A DNA stretch of 63,419 nt, counting the filler, from Choristocarpus tenellus KU-1152 (lineage: Eukaryota > Protista > Phaeophyceae): NCBI GenBank assembly GCA_964200185.2. It is 8 parts of 8 records of this genome, joined end to end, with 100 filler letters (N's around TTAATTAATTAA, not from the genome) between each part and the next. Parts side by side here need not be neighbours in the genome. Positions count along the whole stretch, not along the records: positions 1 to 17,244 come from CAXNAD020000697.1; positions 17,345 to 20,448 come from CAXNAD020022299.1; positions 20,549 to 28,584 come from CAXNAD020005238.1; 5 more parts are not named here. One strand, given 5' to 3'. Position 1 is the first letter of the stretch. Every line of letters begins with the position of its first letter. Shown piece after piece: positions 13,231 through 27,149 of this stretch. A program made the translations under genes and the position numbers. The notes beneath the pieces were generated by a model, which made no database searches, was not told the DNA's origin, and was given only the letters and a program-made list of their open reading frames with translations.

Positions 13231-13479
13231 GAGCCAAAGCATCTTGGAGGGTAGGACCGCGTCCATTTGGGGCCCAAAGTCCAATGTTGCGATTTTGATT
13301 TAATTTTGGCTGTCTGTTAGGAAGTGTCAGTATCCTTGTCCTGGACACACCTTTTCATAACATTTACATTTGACCTACTCCGAAACATTTTGGAGTGGGA
13401 AAATATCATTAAAAAAAAACACGGGAAGCCAAACCCCAAATGGATAAACAGGGCAAAACTCATACCCATACTTTCATTC
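13231..13479 (+). mobile_element. MITE family A1
   Basis: TIRs and TSD TCA/TCA. Confidence 0.9.
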
Positions 13480-15643
13480 TCAAGCATATTATGAGACCTA
13501 GAAAATGTAGTGCGTGTGTACTTGTTGGTACAATGCTCAAAAGTTGGCTACACCAGGAAACATTTAGTCAAAATCTTCCATTATATATAATTACATGCCC
13601 CTTTGAGTCAGTTGAGTGACTAGCAGCTTGGCTCCACCTCGATTCAGAGTTGGGCTGTGATAAAGCTAAGGCTGCACTGGGACCTGTTTACTTGCAGAGC
13701 CCATGTGCTATCAAGATTATTGACCAACAGCTCTAGTCTACAATACGTTTTTTCTAGCTATTTGTGTCAAGCTATTTTCTTCCACCCTTGGTTTTCCTTG
13801 TCCAACACTGTCAATTTTCTACTATTACGACATTTGTGGCCAATTGCTGTTATGGTCGGTGCACCTAACAACACAGTGTATTGTTGTAAGAAGATGAGAC
13901 TTTGTGTTGCAAATGAGAACCGATTGTATTCGGTATGTTACATATATTTGACTCTAATATTTTAGTTGTTGTATCCGTTACAACCTCATGTCTGATACTG
14001 TCTGTTACTACATTTTAAATTAAAATTAGGCAGTCAACTACCCATTGATTCGAGCCTTCAAATAAATGCTGCACTTTTTCATTGTGTTGTAATTCTGTTG
14101 TGAAGTTTCAGAAGATTAACATTTTGTTTTCTTTACACTCTCTTTTTGTTCATTGTGTGTATCGTGTATAGTATGTAGTACGAAGTAAAGGTTACAGAGA
14201 ACATTTTTTGTTTTCTAGAGGAGAAGTGGAGGTTGGTCGAACTGGAAGAACTGTGGTGTGTAACGCTTAAATTTCGAAACCAAAAACATGGAAAAAGTAC
14301 AACACAATGTTTTGCACCCACCTATGGGATTTACCAGGAGAGAAAAAGTGACCCTCTCGCGCTCTTCTTCTAGTCTTACATGTTATTGTCATACACCCTT
14401 CGAGAAAAATGTTTTAGATGTGGTGAGGGGGGAGACGAAGATGCATAAATGAGCTTTTTCTAAGCGGTTCACTGCTTGAATCAGAGGCTACAGACCTCAC
14501 AGCGGAGAGAAACGTCATTAGTACATACGAGTATCAGTGTTGAGAGACTTATTACCGTGTTTTTGTATTCCCAACCTGTACCATACCATAACTTTTTCTA
14601 GAAGGATGGTGCACGAGACCCTCCAGACCATAGACCAGATGAACCACTACTAGGGATCTTGCAACCCTGATGGCCTTACCCTCCTTCAAGCCGTTTATTT
14701 TTGATGTTGAATATTTTGTTTATCTATCCGCAGGTGCTTCCCGCGTCTTTGGGTGTTTATTGGTCGTTAATACTATGTTGTAGAGTTGGCTGAGCGGGAT
14801 TATTTTATTGACCTGTATTTTCTTTGTCAACTTGAAATTTGCACTTTGTGTATCATTGTTGTCCTTGACCACTCATAAGACTCCCTCTTCGAGAATACCT
14901 CTGCCTTGTGTTAAGCACATTTTGCTGCCCTTGTGTACAGAGATATGAGCTGCCTTGTTCGTGATGCTGACTGCGCATTAACCATTGATGATAGCATGTT
15001 TTTCGTGGTGTTCAAGGGGGATTCGGCCATAAATAACTCCTTACCTTTCATGGTTATCTTCATGGAGCAATTTATTTCAGTTTCTACTATCAATATCCTA
15101 TCGATGGTAGAGTATCGTCATTTACACAAAGTCCTTGGGATATGGTTGACTAGGTCCACAAACTTGACAGTAGACCGGAACAGCCAAAGCTCTCTATCCA
15201 AGTTATTTTTCTCAACAGGGGCATCTGTAGGTCGCACCCAATATGGAGGTAAAAAGTCGTTCCTAAAAAGGAGTTATGTCATTATAACCACTAAATGCTC
15301 CACACACCCCTATAACTGATATGCTGTAAAACCACCCAATGTAATCTTCTAAAATATTACGTCAAATAGGCCACGATATGGACAAAGATAAGGTTGGTGG
15401 ATCCCTTCAAAGAAGGGAGGGGGGTACTTGATTAACACTTCCATGAGGAATCCCATTATCACCATCCCAACCACAAAATGATCTAGTCTGTGGAATAAGT
15501 TCTTTGAGTCATCTAAGCAAAGCGGCGCAAACAATATGAAATATGAAAAATGCAACCTTCTGCGCAAATATTCACTCCCAATCTGAATATATTTTTAAAA
15601 TATTATACGAGAGGCAGAATACAGGTGTTGTTCAGGGTGCTGT

Positions 15644-15879
15644 GAGTCAAAGTATGTTAGAGGGTAGAGCCGTGTCCATTTGGGGGCCAAAATCCAATGT
15701 TGCGATTTTGATGTAATTTTGGGTATTATTGTGTTTGTTAGGAAGTGTCAATACCTTGCTCCGGACACACCTTTTCATGACGTGTATGCATTTTTACCTA
15801 CTCCGAAATTATTTCGGAGTAGGTAAAATGTCAGAAAAACCCGTGCGAAGCCAAGCTCCGAACGGACAAACATGGCAAA
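15644..15879 (+). mobile_element. MITE family A1 lacking right TIR
   Basis: gagtcaaagtatgttagagggtagagccgtgtccatttggggg... Confidence 0.85.
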
Positions 15880-16419
15880 CGTTATTGATTCATAGCATAT
15901 GCTTCTTGTTTTCCTCGGATATTAGCACACTCACGTCGAGACAGAAAGGGAACGCATGCAGTTGAATGGGCATTATATCCCTTGCACCCTGCAGGATGAG
16001 AGTCTCTTCGCCGCCAACTGGAAAATCCATGTGGATGCGATGTTCCATGCTGGGACGCTGTTCAGTTCAGATGCTGTTCCTTGCTGGGAAAGGACCTCCT
16101 GGATGTGGTCTTTGCAGAGATCCAGCCTGACTGTCACCTGCAGTCATCTACATCCAACAATGATGGGACCTGAACAACTCTTGGGGTTCTTCCCTCGTTT
16201 CTAGACAGCCTTAAAAGCACCAACCTAACATTACCTTCAACTAGCCAGTCATAAAATAATATGCTTGTTGCCTTCAGAGAGATACCACTAATACGATAAC
16301 TTACACATATATGTTGATCTTTCCTCCTCTATCACAACATCATCGCATCAGGCATAAAGCAGTAATTCAGGGTCAGCAGAAAAGGTAAAGAAAACAAGGG
16401 CTATTAGTCAGTCCGGGAA

Positions 16420-16640
16420 GTTGGCATGACCAGGGCCGAGACCATGGTTGTGGACCAACTGGTGACCAGGACATGTTGAAACAGTTGACAGTTATGGATC
16501 GACCCTGTTAGAACATACCGATATCATACCGACCTGGATCCGAACATGTTAAAAAAGCTGACGAGCATTGACCAGTCCTCGTAAATCATACATGTAAAGG
16601 GCCAGTTTGTCATGATGAAATAGTTGATGACCATTGATAT
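16420..16640. repeat. Degenerate CATG/GACC-rich repeat tract
   Basis: Recurrent gacc...catgtt.aaa.agttga motifs like those at 1038-1280 and 2030-2320. Confidence 0.5.
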
Positions 16641-17851
16641 ATTTTAAAGAATAATAAACCTGTTGGGAGTATGGTCGAGATGAGTCCTCCTGGTTCATTC
16701 AAAATATGTCCCATTTAATCTCAAATATACGTAGGAAGAGACGCCACTTATCCATAAACTTCTTGAGGTTTCGAGAATAATTATTGGTGATGCTCGACAT
16801 GGTTGTTCTTTTGCGGTCAACAAAAAGTAGGATGTGGAAAATGTTGGATGGAAAGGTTCTATTTTTCTGTATATTTAGCACGGACATGTCAGAAAATATT
16901 GAAACGTATGGGGCTCGCGGACTGGTCCCTTCACATTTTACCTTCCTCACATTAAGAGCCCTGAAGAAAACAAGTTCGCTTGGTCAGGAAACGCAGGGCC
17001 AATGGACTCCTGTGCCCACCAGTTGCGGAAAAGCTGTGGGGTCTCCGACAATGGACCTACGGAAGATGAGACGCCATGAAAGATCCCGTGTAACATGAGC
17101 TGTGCAACAGTCGTTGGAACAACCGACAAAAATGCCTAGAAAAACTGGGTAATGTTGGAATGCCAGATACAGATATATGCCAATCACATCACCCCCCTCC
17201 AATTTGATCTGAGTGTATGAGGGATTGTAAATGCCTATTAATGGNNNNNNNNNNNNNNNNNNNNNNNNNNNNNNNNNNNNNNNNNNNNTTAATTAATTAA
17301 NNNNNNNNNNNNNNNNNNNNNNNNNNNNNNNNNNNNNNNNNNNNAATTTAATTTTAATAGGGAAGGATATCTTATTATTCTGAAAATTAGTTATTAAAAA
17401 AATATATATATATTTTAAAAAGAAAGGGTTGTTTGTGAACTCCGGCGATGGAATCACCTCGGTTTTAAATAATTGATGATCGGTTTTAAATCGATCTCAT
17501 AAAAAAAAAATCTATTTTGAGGGCGGATCAAGAGATCCACGTACATGAGGCCCTCCTGCTGACCATGGGGTCTGAAGGTGGTACAAGACTTGGACTTCAT
17601 AGTGCTAGTAGTCTGGAGGTGGTACAGGGTGTATAATTTGTTCCTTTTGTCACTTCGTTAACACTTGTTGTCATGAAACACCTACTGTACCAAGTACGTC
17701 AAACATAAGTACGCCTCAGGTCCTTGTTTGTACAAGCAGACTCCGTTGTTGGTCACGGTGTTGGTTGTACATGTTCCCTTGTGTGTAACCTTCTGTACTC
17801 TAATGGTGCCCCCTCTCCCTCTCAAGAACTATGGTGGGCGTTCAGTAGTGC

Positions 17852-17928
17852 TGTAAAGGTTGTAAAGGTTGTAAAGGTTGTAAAGTTTGTAATGGTTGTA
17901 AAGTTTGTAAAGGTTGTAAAGGTTGTAT
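17852..17928. repeat. 9-bp minisatellite (TGTAAAGGT)n
   Basis: About 8 near-identical units. Confidence 0.9.
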
Positions 17929-18378
17929 AGTTGATCTAATGAGAAATAGGGTTGTAAGAAGACTTCACAGGGCCCTCAAAGCGAAGAACTAGCTTCAGTA
18001 TCTCTTGGGCATATCGTGATCAATAACATGTGCCAGATGTTAGAGGAGATGGTGCTTTTGTTACTGTAAAATGATGTCAATTATGAGTGTTTAGGTCAAT
18101 GCCTTTGCCCCTTCGATGGAGTCCCTCACCTACCGGGGGGTCTTTTTCCCCTGTAGGTAGGTAGAGTGATGTGAATCATCAAATCATATATCGAATTTTA
18201 AAAGGAGAGTCGATTCAACCGCAATTTTCGTGAGTTATTTTTTTGATTCCCCGGTTGAGGCTTTTAAAGTTGAAGTTGAAGTTGAAGTTGAATCGATACG
18301 TCGAATACTTCCAAACGTGTTTTTGTCAAACACCTACTGCTCGTGGTGTTGGAGTTGGGGTTGGCATTGGCGTTGGCA

Positions 18379-18640
18379 GGGTTAGGGTTAGGGTTAGACA
18401 CACATGGGTGCAGCAGGAGGACTGGACTTTTGCTTTCATGCTCAACGCTCATCCAGAAATGTGACCCGACCCTAATCCTAATGAGACTGAACCGAGTTCT
18501 GCCTGAGATTCGTCAGCCCTGACTATCTGCCCCTCCTGACAGTTAGGTCTACCAACCTACCCTATCCCTATCCCTAACCCTAACCCTGACTATCTGCCCC
18601 TCCCGTCAGTTAGATCTACCACAACCTACCCTAACCCTAC
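18379..18640. repeat. Interstitial telomere-like (TTAGGG/CCCTAA) repeats with a short local duplication
   Basis: gggttagggttagggttag at 18379; ccctaa runs at 18470-18640; ccctgactatctgcccctcc...gttag.tctacc duplicated. Confidence 0.75.
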
Positions 18641-18695
18641 CCGCCCATCATGATGCTTTTTTTTTTCTTCGATGGCGCAATAAAAAAAATAATAG

Positions 18696-19704
18696 TGGGA
18701 AGGTGTTTTCATCCCCGTTGTCCCAAACAAGCTCTTGGATGTCTTGGAGTGTCCCGTTCCGGCATTGGTTGGAGTGCAGTCGCCATTTGACCCCGTGGAC
18801 TACCCTGGCGTGGTTGTATTGGACCTCGATGCCGGCAGTACCTTGGTAACTAAAAACCCTTACCCTGGTGATACTAAATAGTGTTGTGGCAGGCTGGAAG
18901 AAGGCACTCATTAGTGTCACTGTTTCTTCTGTTTAAATTGTGTTGATAGCAATTTCTTCATGTTTTTGGTAGTTGCACGCTTGAGTTCTGGGATTTGTAG
19001 GCTTGCCTTGATTGAAAATTTTGTGGTGAAGAATTCAGGGCTAGTGTCATTTATGCTGTAGATTTTTTACAGTAATATACTTAACCAACTTGAACCATGG
19101 TACTGAAAAATGTACTGAAAAAAGTACTCTAATCCTTAAATCTCTAAAATATCTCAATATGTAAATTGAAATATATATATTTATTTGTGTGTGTGCCTTA
19201 TTCCCAACCCTATATGTGTACCCTGCACATACATGTTGCTCACCCCTAACTCTATTTACTTGCATATCTCAATTATTTAAATACACACACACACATACAT
19301 ACATACATACATACATACATACATACATACATACATACATACATACATACATACATACACACGTGAAGTGTTTTTTCTTATGTGATATTGCTTGCATAAT
19401 TTATAATCCCACCTCATTCTTCATGTAACATACACTCTGGTGTAAACCCGTTCCAATATGTGTGTGCCTGCACTCACGCACACCTATGCTATCAATTATA
19501 TACATACATACTATGTTGTCTATTTATATATATACATATATATATGCCCTACAGACCCAGTTTCACATGGGTGGCATGAAAGAGAAGGTGCAGGTGCCAG
19601 AAGTGCTTCAACATGCACTGGAGGCAACAAACATACTCCAGGGGAGGGGGAGGAGGGGGCAGGAAGATAGTCCCTGGAAGACTGGGAGCAATGAGAATTC
19701 TGCG
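18696..19704 (+). CDS. DENN-domain protein (Rab GEF family), internal exons 18696-18845 and 19555-19704
   Basis: Exon reads WEGVFIPVVPNKLLDVLECPVPALVGVQSPFDPVDYPGVVVLDLD, the core DENN signature; AG/GT borders; both exons 150 nt, phase 0; first exon absent from the ORF track. Confidence 0.8.
19294..19358. repeat. (ACAT)n microsatellite in DENN intron
   Basis: Perfect tetranucleotide run. Confidence 0.95.
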
Positions 19705-20548
19705 GTGAGAGAGATCTTCACCTCCTTGTGGATACCACGGGCTCTGTGGTCATAGAGATTGGTTGCTGTGATTGGTGTGGTAGGTATAATGGTCGCTAGT
19801 AGTCTCGATAGTGAGGTGTGATGTTTTTGTTTGTGATCATTTGAGGTTATCTTGATAATCAGAGTGGTTGTTGTGATTATCGGAGCGGTTGTTGTGACCA
19901 TCAGAGTGGTTGCTGTGATCGTCCGGAGTGACTGTCTTGATTGGTCTGGAGTCTTGAGCATGCTGACTGTTTGCAGCGTCACTGGTGATGTTCAGAGTTA
20001 ACAGGGTGCTGATTTTGTTTGATGGTAGAAACCGTTGAAGGTATTGTTTGGGGTATACCGTACACCGTCATAGAGTTCCAACTTTCCCATTGAACCTCTG
20101 CTGTCTTGTTCGTATCTTGGTGGAAATCACAGGTTTCTAGAACTAGACTTTAAATACTTGGTTTGTTGTTCACTTTGTAGGTATTTGGTGCAAGTGCATT
20201 TAGTGGGATGGGTAGGTTTGGTGTGTGCATTGCAATGGCGAATGTATTCACTGTTTTGACTGGTTTGTTGATGTAGTGGTTACTGTAGGTGCTGTTAAGT
20301 GATTGGTGTGTCACTTTGGCTGTTGCCGCAGCACTTGTGCCTAGTGTTTTGATGTGATTGTCGTCCTAACCCTAACTCTAGTGCTTATCATCTCCATTTA
20401 CTTACCCAAAACCCTACCCTAACCCCAGTGGCCAACTGCACCTTGCATNNNNNNNNNNNNNNNNNNNNNNNNNNNNNNNNNNNNNNNNNNNNTTAATTAA
20501 TTAANNNNNNNNNNNNNNNNNNNNNNNNNNNNNNNNNNNNNNNNNNNN

Positions 20549-20729
20549 GGAGAGGGGGGGGTGTGGAGGGGGGGGGGGGGGTTGTGAGGGGGCATCCATT
20601 TAGGTCAAAAAACTCTTTTTTTTGCTGACATTTCATATCCGACACGTGCAACCAAATCATACCAAACAAGTGAAAATCGAAAAAAGGGTGAAAAACGGAC
20701 GCCGAGACCCCCCCCCAGATACTTTGACC
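20549..20729 (+). mobile_element. MITE family B-related copy, truncated by gap
   Basis: catccatttaggtcaaaa ... gaccccccccagatactttgacc. Confidence 0.7.
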
Positions 20730-21731
20730 CAGAAGATCAATCTCCCCGTCATCTTTCAACTGCCAAAACTCAATCTTGAAGCGGTGGTGTCGATAGTCTC
20801 ATTCATTGTAACTAAGATGGAGTGCGGAGAGAGGGAAATGGCACCCACAGTTTTCCTGTTGACGAATGGTGATTTGGAAGAAGTACACCCACAACCCACA
20901 ACCGATGACCACAAACCAGAAAAAGTACTTCAGTCAGAAGGTGTACCAGAATAGCTTTGGATATCAACAAGAGTTGCGAGTCTTTTTCCTACGTGAGATA
21001 TATCATACGAAAACGCTTGCAAATCACTTGTTTTTATCAAGTCATAATTTATTATATTGTGATGGATAAATATGAAGGTCAATCAAATTGTAGGAATACA
21101 GTGTGCATTCTGTGTTGAGACCAGAAGGAGCTGGAGACCAACGGCATTTTGGTGAGTATAAAGAGGTATTGGGGGGAGCGGGGAAGGACCGAACAAGGGA
21201 GGTGAGATTCCGCCGAGTGAGGAGAGTATTTAGATGTTTTAAGGGAAGTGAGGGTATCGAGAGGATACAAGCCCAAAGATGTTTGGCGTCTTTTTTATCC
21301 TAACAAATTTGCTACTCTATAGTTTTTGGTTGAGAGTGTGCAACGCTTACCAACTCTGGACATAAAACACAGAGTATATAATATAGTACTTCGAAGCACT
21401 AAGATATATTACATAGAAAGGGCGACCTCTGGCCTGGGCGCATATATGTATGGGGACAACAACTGCATTCATAATTTCACTGATAATCGCTCTACTTGGT
21501 TCAGTAACACAAGTTGACCCGATTTCAAATTCAATCTCATATAGAGAGCCCAGCTTCTTGGAGAAAGCGTGCACTGAACACTTTGATGTCTACCCAATCT
21601 GTACTAGTCCTCCCTGCCCCTGTAATGGTCTCCTCACACCCATCCCTTACATTTGTTCCCCTTTTCAGGTCCAACATAGCAGGAGATAACTTTGGTATCC
21701 TTTTTCTGGTGCATGCCCCTACTTCACCTAC

Positions 21732-22924
21732 CTTGGGCATTCGAGTTTGTCCAACTTGTGGACATATTCCTCCTCGGCCCTCTGAAGCTCTATTTTCCTT
21801 CTGCTGTGTGCAGTGTGAGCATCTACTCGTCTCAGGAACCCCTTTGTGCCCTCAGATTCGCCTACACCTGCCCCTCTGTCTTCTCTGACAAAGTCGTATC
21901 CACATGCTGGGTCCCGCATTGCTGCTTCTGCCTTGCGTGAGCGTTTCCATGTGAAGGTTTCCACTTCACCCTTACTTAGAGAGCTAGGACTAGTACCTCC
22001 TTCCACGCCATGCACCCGTATAGGTCGGGACAGATCTTCCATGCGTGACCTGGAGAAGACACACCTGTTTGGTTCACGACCTGGGGAGGATGTCCGCGCC
22101 CTAAGGACACTAGAGAGGAGAGCAGCATTTCCCTCGACCTCACCTGTAGCCGATGTAAATTCTGGAGGCTGGAGTCCTGGCAGCCCAAATAGTTTGGCTT
22201 GAGAGTAAGTGAGACTTACCCCCTTGACCTTGATATAAGGTGGTTCCTTTGGTCGTCGGCGTGAGGGTGTGTTCGATGTTGACTCCTTCGTCGCTTGAAA
22301 GGGCTGAAACAATTTACTACCCTTGCCTACTTGGTATGTTATGACACTAGCTGGCTCGTTCGATGCGATGAACTGCTTTAAGGTGGGATCATGTTCTGGG
22401 GTGGACATGGTGAGTGTCCCCTCAACCAGCCCTTCACTTGATCTTGATATGGCCTGTTCGTGAGGTCCACCATCCTTCTCTTGTATTAGTCGCCCCTGCT
22501 TACGGAGAATATCGTCAATTTCTTCGAGTCCCTGGTCAATTAACTCCAGCGCCTCGTCGTCGTGATCAACGTCCGACCCCCTGCGCACCCACCCCCGCGA
22601 AGTATAGAAAGGGACAGACAGATGCACCGATGAACTAGGGAACTTGAATCCCAGTGGTTCGGCAAACCAGATGCGTTCCTACTGACACAGTTGTGACAGA
22701 CTTTACGAAAGGTAAAATCGATCATTCGAATATTTGGGGCACCTTGAGCTGATGACTTCACCAAACGCAGATGTTAACAACGCCAGATCTGAGTTTTTAT
22801 CACCCTTCTCGTCTGTCAACGCAGAACCTGAATCGTCCAGGTCGGCATCAAATATACTGTCGGGATCATCATCGGCCTCGTCTCCAGCTGCAGATTCTCC
22901 TGGTGACTCTTGAAGATCATTCAT
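21732..22924 (-). CDS. Hypothetical protein, acidic N-terminus; exons 22924-22743 and 22634-21732; 3' exons not identified
   Basis: ATG-start exon, GT-AG intron in phase with a 299-codon ORF ending at a GTAGGT donor after ...KLDKLECPR. Confidence 0.7.
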
Positions 22925-23141
22925 GGTGAAGATTAATATGTATGTGTGCGTATCTGTCTTGCTATTACTAGATCTATCGCTGAAAAGTCCATAATTGTTG
23001 TTGATCGAAAGATCGAGAGGACTAAGGAAGGAGAGGTGCGAAACGTCTTTTTTGTACTATCGCTTCATAATTGAAATATTATAGTGTTTGGTTTTGATCT
23101 GTCACTTCCACTACAAGAGGAACAGAGTTAACTAAGCGAAG

Positions 23142-25304
23142 ATGGGAAAGAAAGCAAAGGGAAAGAAAAACTCGAGTTATGTCAAAGATGTGAGATCCCC
23201 AATACATTTGTTGTCCTTGGATGGAGAAGAGGATAGGCAGTGTGCATAACAATGCAACTGCATTTTTGTCCTTGGGTGGACAGGAGCAGGCAGCGTGCAT
23301 AACACTAGCGAGCAACTTCAGATGGCTTTAAGTTTTCCCTACAAACATTTCACTTTTGTGCCCATATCAACACCTAACGAGGTGCGGCATTGATGGCTGT
23401 GCCACTGGTAGGCGAGGGAAGTGACACATCAACGCAACAATAGCTCAATCCTATCCACCACTCTATCTTCCTTCAGCCTCCTCCTGACAAGCCAGAGGGA
23501 GGAATACTCCAACACCCCTTGGCGCTTATGCCAGACAACGAGAGATGGGTCACCCTCGACCTCAAGGTCCGCCGTAGTTGTTCCCCTCTTTGATGAGGCA
23601 TAGGAGGAACGAAGCTGCCCTAAACTTGGACATGCTGTGCACCCATGCATCCTTTTATTGGTTGATACCTGGCATCCTCATGTTGTGGTGCCCCCATTTC
23701 CTACCGCAGCTCCTGAATTGGAAGTACCTGGACTTCAAGCATCGTGTTAAAACGTCGACGCACATTTTTACAGTCAAGGTAACCACTGTTTGGCCTTTAG
23801 TAATCGGTGGATACCGTCCTGGTGACCTAGATCTCCAGTGGTCTGTCCAGGTTACACGAATAATATTCGTTCTCTAGATTGGAGTTCGTTCACCATACCT
23901 CCACCATCCAACTTTTTGACCTCCCAGTCGCAACAGTGGTAGGTACCCAGCACAAATAAGTGCATCTTTATGCATGCCCTGCACTCCCACGTAAGGGCAT
24001 CGACACCTCATTGAGCCAAAGTATCTTAGACGGTAGAGCCGCGACCATTTGGGGGCCAATATCCAATGTTGCGATTTCGTTGCAATTTTGGCCATCATAT
24101 TTGTTAGGAAGTGTCAATATCCTTGTTCCAGACACACCGTTTCATAACGTATACATTTTACCTACTCTGAAATATTTTGGAGTAGGACAATGTCATTCAT
24201 AAAAACCCTGAGGAAAGTCAAGCCCCAAATGGACAAACAGGGCAAAACTCGTACCCTCTAAGATACTTTCACTCATTGAGGAGTAGAAGAGACACTCAAA
24301 TGTTGCTTGATGGAGTAGACTGTTTCATTGCATGAAGGATAGAGGCATAGCATGTTGCCAATGCTCCAAACGCTAAGTGCTTATAGGTGTCATCATGAGA
24401 GGTGTAGAGAATTTCTTATCTCTGATCTTTTCACATTTAAAACTCATACTAGTACTATGGTTGCACCGTGTACACACTAGTGATCTCTCATATATGGATG
24501 GTTGAAAGAAGAGTCTATAAGAACATCTCGGTCCTTCAGAAGTCTATCTATGAAGTATTTTCATTGGCGCAGTCTCTCTTAATCAACCCCGTGAAATACC
24601 TTTGCCCAAGAAATTGTAATCACTTGCCCCATCAAAACCTAATCTATGCAAAGTCCAACGTAATGATTGAGGTGATTACGATACAGTCTACCATGTGCAA
24701 CCACTGCACCAAAATTCTACAACAATAAATTGTTCACCCATGGCAAATGGAATGAAACACGTTGCTGGACCTGTGTATTGTCACAATAGATATCTCTAGT
24801 ATACCAATTCCCCTACAGATAAAAAGAAGTTTACCCTCAATACAGGCAAATAATTCCGGTGCATGACTTAAAGACGAGACCGAGCTATTCCTCAGCTTAG
24901 CTGAATTCTGATGACAGAAAACAACAAATTCATTCACAGGAAGACCACAAAGAAAAGTCACTCCCAATACCCCCAGTCCTCCCTCCCTCCCTCCCTCCCC
25001 CCATACATGCATATATTCGCATGTGCTCATATTTCACAAGAAAATGCTCATGGAGAGGCACGGTCGAGTGACAGACCTAGTGCTTTGCAAAGGCGCCTTC
25101 ACAGAAGCAAATGAGCTATCTGATGAAATGCTCACTTTGGAGGGGTACGGTGTGAGAGGAGCTCACAAGGATGCAGACCCCCCTGTCTCAGTCCCTCTGT
25201 TCTACGATTTCAAGCCAGTCAGCTACAATGAGCCACTGCTCCTGGTAAGGGAAGGGCTAATGGGAAATGAAGATGAAGGAGGTCATGGGAGTATTGAATG
25301 TTAG
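23142..25304 (+). CDS. Small hypothetical protein (~156 aa), possibly ubiquitin-like fold; exons 23142-23189, 23477-23566, 23710-23778, 25041-25304
   Basis: All introns GT-AG and phase 0: MGKKAKGKK...WVTLDLK|LLNWKYLDFKHRVKTSTHIFTVK|KMLMERHG...LFYDFKP...EPLLL. Confidence 0.8.
24013..24274 (+). mobile_element. MITE family A1 (intronic)
   Basis: Full TIRs, TSD ATT. Confidence 0.9.
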
Positions 25305-27149
25305 GTGGGAAGGTGGAAAGAGTGGAGATGCATTTCTGGTGTGTGCAAAGTATGCGAGGAAGAATGTTGAAAAGCACTGTAAGGATAGTGCTGCTTACCG
25401 CTCTGTGCAAATATGTGAAAGTCCAACCATCCCTCGAAGGCAATCACCCTACCAAAGACTACAGATGTACAGAAGATGGTGAAGTAGATATGAACTGACT
25501 GCATGGGGTTCTGCTCCCTTGCCATGGATCGATTAAAGAGTACCTCCTGACATGTATGCAATACACTATTGTCTTCACTAATATGTGCATCACCCACCAA
25601 AGTGAACCGTTTAAAATCAAAGTTGCCCTAACTTGAAGCAAGAGCTTGTACTTTTCCAAGCAACCACAACACGTTTTGGATACACACGGATTGAGTGTGA
25701 AGGGTTCCAAATATTGTCCTTCACAAATGAAGTAAAGAGTCAAAGCATCCTTGAGGGGGGTAGGTTTTAGCCTATGTGAGCCATGTTGCTGTGCCTGTGG
25801 CAGATGAGACTCTCTGAATCGAGGTATTGTCATAGGTTTGAGAGTGGAGAGATGTACAAGCAATTGAAAACACGAAAACAAGACTATCTCAAAGATTCCT
25901 ATGATTCAACCAGACCTCCCTCCAGGATGCTTCGGCACTATGTCATGGTATAATGTATATGATTCTCAGTGCAGGGGATCCATCCTCCTTGGAACATACT
26001 CCAACCCTTAGCACTAGTTGTACTAGCCGCACCTACATGCTTTTGTGCCTGAAAGATGGAACAATTGCTAGAAAAAGATGATTTCTGTGACGCTTCCACT
26101 CCCTTACCCCATCCAAAAATAAATAGATCACAGCACCTGCTTATTGGAAGGCGTGTGACAATCCAGCACATGACAATCAAACCCTAACAACTTCCTGCAG
26201 TCTGCTTCCTCATCTGCCTCCATAAGACAATAGCAGCAGGGGTTATAAAAGCATGCTGCCAAGAACCACTTTCTTGTTGAAACATGAACTAGTGAGAGTG
26301 CACACTTGCTTGCAGCTTGCTGAACCCAACTCCCAAGGACTGACTCACTGTTGATCTCGAGACAAATTAATATCAACTGTGTTCATAACAGTGCTGACCG
26401 ACTGCTCTCTTGCAAATTGACTGCATTATTGTTGATGTTTCGGAAGGTAGAAAAAGAAATCAATTGGTGATTATCATGTATTGTGACGGTCTGATCGGCC
26501 AAATTGTTGCACATGCAAGGTTCTCTCTCCGTCATAGTGTCCTCTGAAGTGCTCCATGTATATATACATATACATATCATACTGTTAACACAACAAGTGC
26601 TTGTATACAAGCAGCTATGTTTGCTTTCTTCATTACTTCTATTTTTGATTTTTGATTTTTGACCTTCTCATTGTCCGTCTTCATTGTGTGTGTTGTTGTT
26701 GAGGTGTTGATGTAGGCGTTACTGTTCTATTGATAGTTACTTCTTTGAACTCAGTTTTGCCATATGGTGGTGCTATAATGATGATACTATTTTACTATCC
26801 TATTCGCGGGAGCAGTATTTAGCACTAGATTTCAAAGTTTAAAATACAACAAATTACCCACAGTATAACTTAATCTTGGGCATGTTACAATGTGTACATT
26901 GGCACATCTGGCACAGTACTATGCACAATAAGTAGACCTGGTCAGTGATATTAATACCACTTCAAGGCCAAGAACAGCAACAGTAGTAATAGTAGTAGTA
27001 ATAATGGGTCAATGTGACACACTCTCAATTAATCTAAACTATTGGAGGTGTGGATCCTGCCTCCTACACCACACCTTCTAGCGCCTTCCTAATGTACAGA
27101 ATGGTAAGAACTCCAGTGGGCAATAAATTCTTACTAGCACAGCATTATT

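Noticed and set aside
17245-17344. TTAATTAATTAA palindrome flanked by N-runs, seven times in the window
   Set aside because: Artificial gap linker with stops in all six frames; not biological
18648-18920. 90-aa minus-strand ORF from the track
   Set aside because: Antisense shadow of the DENN exon
24450-24900. Possible piggyBac-like relic in an intron
   Set aside because: Only vague motif similarity; not supportable
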